Below are positions 29,016 to 32,000 of a stretch of 32,000 bases of DNA, in pieces. The notes below the pieces were generated by a model. It was not told the origin of the DNA. It saw only the letters and a program-made list of their open reading frames with translations, and searched no databases. Source of the stretch: Thermoproteus tenax Kra 1 (GTDB lineage Archaea; Thermoproteota; Thermoprotei; Thermoproteales; Thermoproteaceae); contig NC_016070.1 of assembly GCF_000253055.1 (NCBI RefSeq), forward strand, positions 1,320,001 to 1,352,000, written 5' to 3'. Both the position numbers and the translations under genes were made by a program. Positions within the stretch are counted from its first letter, which is position 1; each line of letters begins with the position of its first letter.

Positions 29016-29206
29016 CCAAGCACTACTTGCTTTACTGCTTGGACAAGCTGATTGAGCATCGAGTCGGTTTGGTTTCTGAAGGACAATATGCTATCTAACG
29101 AACCCTTTATTATTCCGGTCACCGTTAAGGCGAAGGCGACAAATATCCCTATGGCTAAGAACAATAACAGCGTCTCTTCCACAAATATAGAGCCTCTTCT
29201 CTTCAT
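29012..29206 (-). CDS. Small type IV pilin-like / single-TM protein (64 aa)
   Basis: MKRRG|SIFVEETLLLFLAIGIFVAFALTVTGIIKGSLDSILSFRNQ: class III signal-like KRRG, Glu at +5 of the mature form, then a hydrophobic helix. Confidence 0.55.
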   Translation of the reverse strand: MKRRGSIFVEETLLLFLAIGIFVAFALTVTGIIKGSLDSILSFRNQTDSMLNQLVQAVKQVVLG

Positions 29207-29395
29207 GTCTAATTATTGAAAGATTAAATACACCTTATTAATGAGGGGTGCGCCGAGAGATCGATGAATCAATTGCTTAATTTATGCGGTTTCACTCGCG
29301 TGACCCGGGCACCTCCTCCATCTGCTCGCAGGCGGGGACTGGTGAGGGGCTTGCCCTTAAGTCGCTTCTCTGCCTCTACTGATACAGATGGAGGC

Positions 29396-29408
29396 GGGGG
29401 GGGGGGGG
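29396..29408 (+). repeat. Poly-G homopolymer tract (G13)
   Basis: gaggc-ggggggggggggg-acat, read directly across lines 29341/29401. Confidence 0.97.
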
Positions 29409-29589
29409 ACATAGCCGCCGTGATAAACAACGAAAGGAGGGTGCCGGAGGTGCTCGCGGAGGGCCGCGCGCACTCCGGCCCCAGGGCCTCGCGCCCAAGG
29501 TATTGTGCCGATTAGGGCGCAAGCAAGGAGGAGGTCCCAGAGCGCGATGCCGGTAGTAATCGACTAGGGATAGATGTTTAATGTGGCCT

Positions 29590-31437
29590 CTATAGTTGTT
29601 TATACGTCGGTCTCTCCGATAATAATCTCGGCATATATAACGGCCTCTTGGGATAGCCTTTGATCTCGCTTTTAATAAGCGATATCAGCTCTTGATGCGT
29701 CATCTGACGCTGCGTGCCGCCTCTTATCCTCACCGTGAGAGTCTTAGATTCGACCTCCTTATGCCCTATGACGACAATATACGGTATCCATTCCCTTTCG
29801 GCGTCGCGTATCCTCCTTGAAAGCGTCTCGTTTCTATCGTCGATATCCGCTCTGATATCCGCCCCTTCGAGCTCGTCGGCAAGCTTAAGCGCCTCCTCCA
29901 GTTGCTCTCTATTGATCGGAATTATTCTTACTTGAACGGGCGAGATCCAAGTCGGAAGCCGCGGCACCTGTCCCCTTTTCTCCATGAGGGCTGCTGTATC
30001 AAACAACGCAAAGAGGTATCTCTCAACGCTGCCCAATATGGCCGTATGGATTATTACAGGATATCTTATCTTATTTTCATCGTCTATATATTTGATATTG
30101 AACCTCATCGCGTTGCCGACATCTATCTGGAAGGTCGCAATCTCCCTCGGCCGTCCCAACTCGTCTATTATGTGGAACTCCACGTTGAGAACCCAGTAGT
30201 ACTTCTGCTCTGGCAGTATCCTCAGCAATATTGGCTTGCCCTCGCGCTTGGCCAACTCAATTAGATAGTCCTTGTATCCCCTATAGAACTCGGCTGTTAC
30301 GTTATATAATGAGACGTAATCTCGTCCAATTTTTCTTATTTCTTCAAATATTTTATTATGTAACTTATAGGTTACCTCAATTGCTTGTTTTAAATCTTTT
30401 GTGAAAATATGAAGGTCTGGCATATAAAATCTCCTTAGTCTAAACAGGAGAACAGTTTCGCCGGGTTGTTCGTATCGGTACGAGTCCGCCACTTCCAACA
30501 TTCCGAAAGGCAGATTCCTGTAGCTCACGACCCAGTCTCTCACCATGGCAAACTGTTGGAAACATGCGGCATAGCGGAGTATCGATTCAGTGTCTGCTTC
30601 TACTATGTACAGACGTTCCCCGAATAGTTTAGCATGGGTCTCAATGGGTCTCTCGCTCAGCTTGAACATATTAGTGCCTCTTATCTTGAATATGGGTATT
30701 CCGAGAGACTTCGCGACTTGGTAGGCGTAGTCCTCCACCAGTTCCATCATTATTGTGGCATCAGGCCCATATCTCATGTGGCCCACATCGGACATAGGTT
30801 CCCACTCGAAGCCAAAACGTTTTACATACTCTATGTATTTTGGCTCGCCGCCTGGCAACTCCCTTTTGAATACCTCCTTATCTACCAGAGCTTTTAGATC
30901 GGGGTATTTATCCAACGGATAGTCGGCTGGATTGTACTCTTCACCCTCAGGCGACAGAATAAGATAGATATCAGGAGCTGCGCGCTCGGCTTGAGCTTGC
31001 GGCCTTCCGCTGAAAAGCTCCGGCTTGTACGAGTAAGATCTGCTGAGCTCAGAAAGAGGATGCCCTATACATTTTATTTCAAATGATTTATAATATCCAA
31101 ATGGAGCTTTTAACACTTTAAATTGATTAAATCCATTTAATATATCGAATAACTTATTCAATATTTCTCTTGAGGTATAGGGCTTTGCTAAATTGGGCGA
31201 TAGATGGGCGTATGGATATATTACTATTGTTTGAGCGTCCACCTTCTTAGCAACCTCAACAATATCTCTTGAGATAGCCGCAAGATACGCCTCGTCGGGC
31301 TTATCGCCCTCCTCAACAGTAATAAACGCAACGAGGGCATTATCGGCATTGCCTGAGACAGGGTCATCCCTGATATCTAACGCCGGCTCCTTTGGCTCCC
31401 ACCTAAAATATTGGGCATGTATCAGGAGCACGCGCAT
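29590..31437 (-). CDS. thrS: Threonine-tRNA ligase, archaeal type with N-terminal editing domain
   Basis: MRVLLIHAQYFRWEPKEPAL...NALVAFITVEEGDKP (archaeal editing domain); GPDATIMMELVEDYAYQVAK; LPFGMLEVADSYRYEQPGETVLLFRLRRFYMPDLHIF; class II synthetase C-terminus. A promoter-like TTATATA sits about 25-30 nt upstream of ATG 31437, so the track start at 31566 is overextended. Confidence 0.94.
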   Translation of the reverse strand: MRVLLIHAQYFRWEPKEPALDIRDDPVSGNADNALVAFITVEEGDKPDEAYLAAISRDIVEVAKKVDAQTIVIYPYAHLSPNLAKPYTSREILNKLFDILNGFNQFKVLKAPFGYYKSFEIKCIGHPLSELSRSYSYKPELFSGRPQAQAERAAPDIYLILSPEGEEYNPADYPLDKYPDLKALVDKEVFKRELPGGEPKYIEYVKRFGFEWEPMSDVGHMRYGPDATIMMELVEDYAYQVAKSLGIPIFKIRGTNMFKLSERPIETHAKLFGERLYIVEADTESILRYAACFQQFAMVRDWVVSYRNLPFGMLEVADSYRYEQPGETVLLFRLRRFYMPDLHIFTKDLKQAIEVTYKLHNKIFEEIRKIGRDYVSLYNVTAEFYRGYKDYLIELAKREGKPILLRILPEQKYYWVLNVEFHIIDELGRPREIATFQIDVGNAMRFNIKYIDDENKIRYPVIIHTAILGSVERYLFALFDTAALMEKRGQVPRLPTWISPVQVRIIPINREQLEEALKLADELEGADIRADIDDRNETLSRRIRDAEREWIPYIVVIGHKEVESKTLTVRIRGGTQRQMTHQELISLIKSEIKGYPKRPLYMPRLLSERPTYKQL

Positions 31438-31660
31438 TAGGTGATTCCTCGCTCCCTCGTATATAATTTTGGCCCCTTGTGGCGCCCGGCCTCCGTGTGG
31501 GCGGCCCCAGGTGTACTCGGAGCGGGGCCCAAGCACGCCGAGGATGCCAAGAGAGGTGGTGAACATCCAGCCGCCGTAGATTTCGTATGAACCTCTATCC
31601 GCTCCACTGTGGGAGTCTCACCGGTTGCCCTCTCCGGGGCTGATGGGAGAGACCACGACT

Positions 31661-31822
31661 GGATGCCGCGGCGAAGCGGACATCGCGGCGGGGCACCCCA
31701 GCTGACCCCATCCCATTGTGTGAGAAATAAACTATCATCGACTCTTTCTTCATCGCTATGCCATAGAAGATGTGGCTTGCTTAAAATCCATCCCCGATTT
31801 GAAGGGCGAGGCTTTCGGTTGC
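31661..31822. repeat. Dispersed repeat copy 3 (inverted relative to copy 2), probable IS200/IS605-type end remnant
   Basis: 31740-31822 (gactctttcttcatcgctatgccatagaagatgtggcttgcttaaaatccatccccgatttgaagggcgagg...) aligns to the reverse complement of 7171-7252; 31661-31704 aligns to 7273-7314. Confidence 0.75.
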
Positions 31823-31952
31823 AAGTTCACATCCAACGATCACTCGCCTAATGATAATATGGGCTGATGCCCTAATTCTCCTCAATACGACAAGTATACA
31901 ATCCTATCTTAAGTAGAAAGCTTTTATACTGGAGCGATTTGCCCTCTCAGCA

Positions 31953-32000
31953 ATGCAAGAAGCACGAGCAAAGTTGGGAAGCATCCCAGTCGTCGGAAAA
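31953..32000 (+). CDS. Start of an unidentified CDS, truncated at the window end
   Basis: MQEARAKLGSIPVVGK..., with cttttatac about 25-30 nt upstream (leaderless-type promoter spacing). Confidence 0.5.
   Translation, partial: MQEARAKLGSIPVVGK

Noticed and set aside
28425-29206. Nucleotidyltransferase plus small membrane protein as a toxin-antitoxin or abortive-infection pair
   Set aside because: The genes are tail-to-tail on opposite strands, not an operon, and no HEPN/MNT partner is adjacent, so a TA system is not supported.
31609-31851. 80-aa plus-strand ORF
   Set aside because: It spans repeat copy 3 on the opposite strand, with no protein-like conservation evident.

Overview
The window is a chromosomal segment from a hyperthermophilic crenarchaeon of Thermoproteus/Pyrobaculum type. 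That lineage call is inferred from gene content: G1P dehydrogenase, DGGGP synthase, archaeal ribosomal proteins, L38e, TIP49, XPF and adkA. It is almost entirely housekeeping and metabolic. There is a partial PrpD, PrpB, a NirD/L-AhbA/B-like Lrp/AsnC protein with an apparent N-terminal frameshift, dispersed ribosomal proteins (L22, L38e, P1/L12, S19, S17), lipid enzymes, an S2P protease, TIP49, citrate synthase, malic enzyme, adenylate kinase, an HPS-like enzyme, archease, PheT and XPF. There is also an overlapping pgk-gap-usp-GH1 gene string, and ThrRS. I saw no CRISPR array, rRNA, tRNA, intact transposase or obvious defence island, and no convincing new multi-gene system. The observations I rate most worth follow-up are: (1) a dispersed noncoding repeat family with IS200/IS605-like hairpin ends, in three copies at about 4.6, 7.2 and 31.7 kb and without a transposase; (2) a one-base disruption of the NirD/L-AhbA/B-like gene at about 1.78-1.79 kb; (3) a predicted membrane-anchored winged-HTH regulator with a Ser/Thr-rich stalk; (4) a G13 homopolymer tract in a possible degraded TnpB-like remnant; (5) a palindrome overlapping the likely TATA box of a HAD gene; (6) a compact GH1 and a UspA gene joined to pgk-gap; and (7) a candidate C/D-box sRNA. 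All calls are by eye; no alignments or database searches were run.
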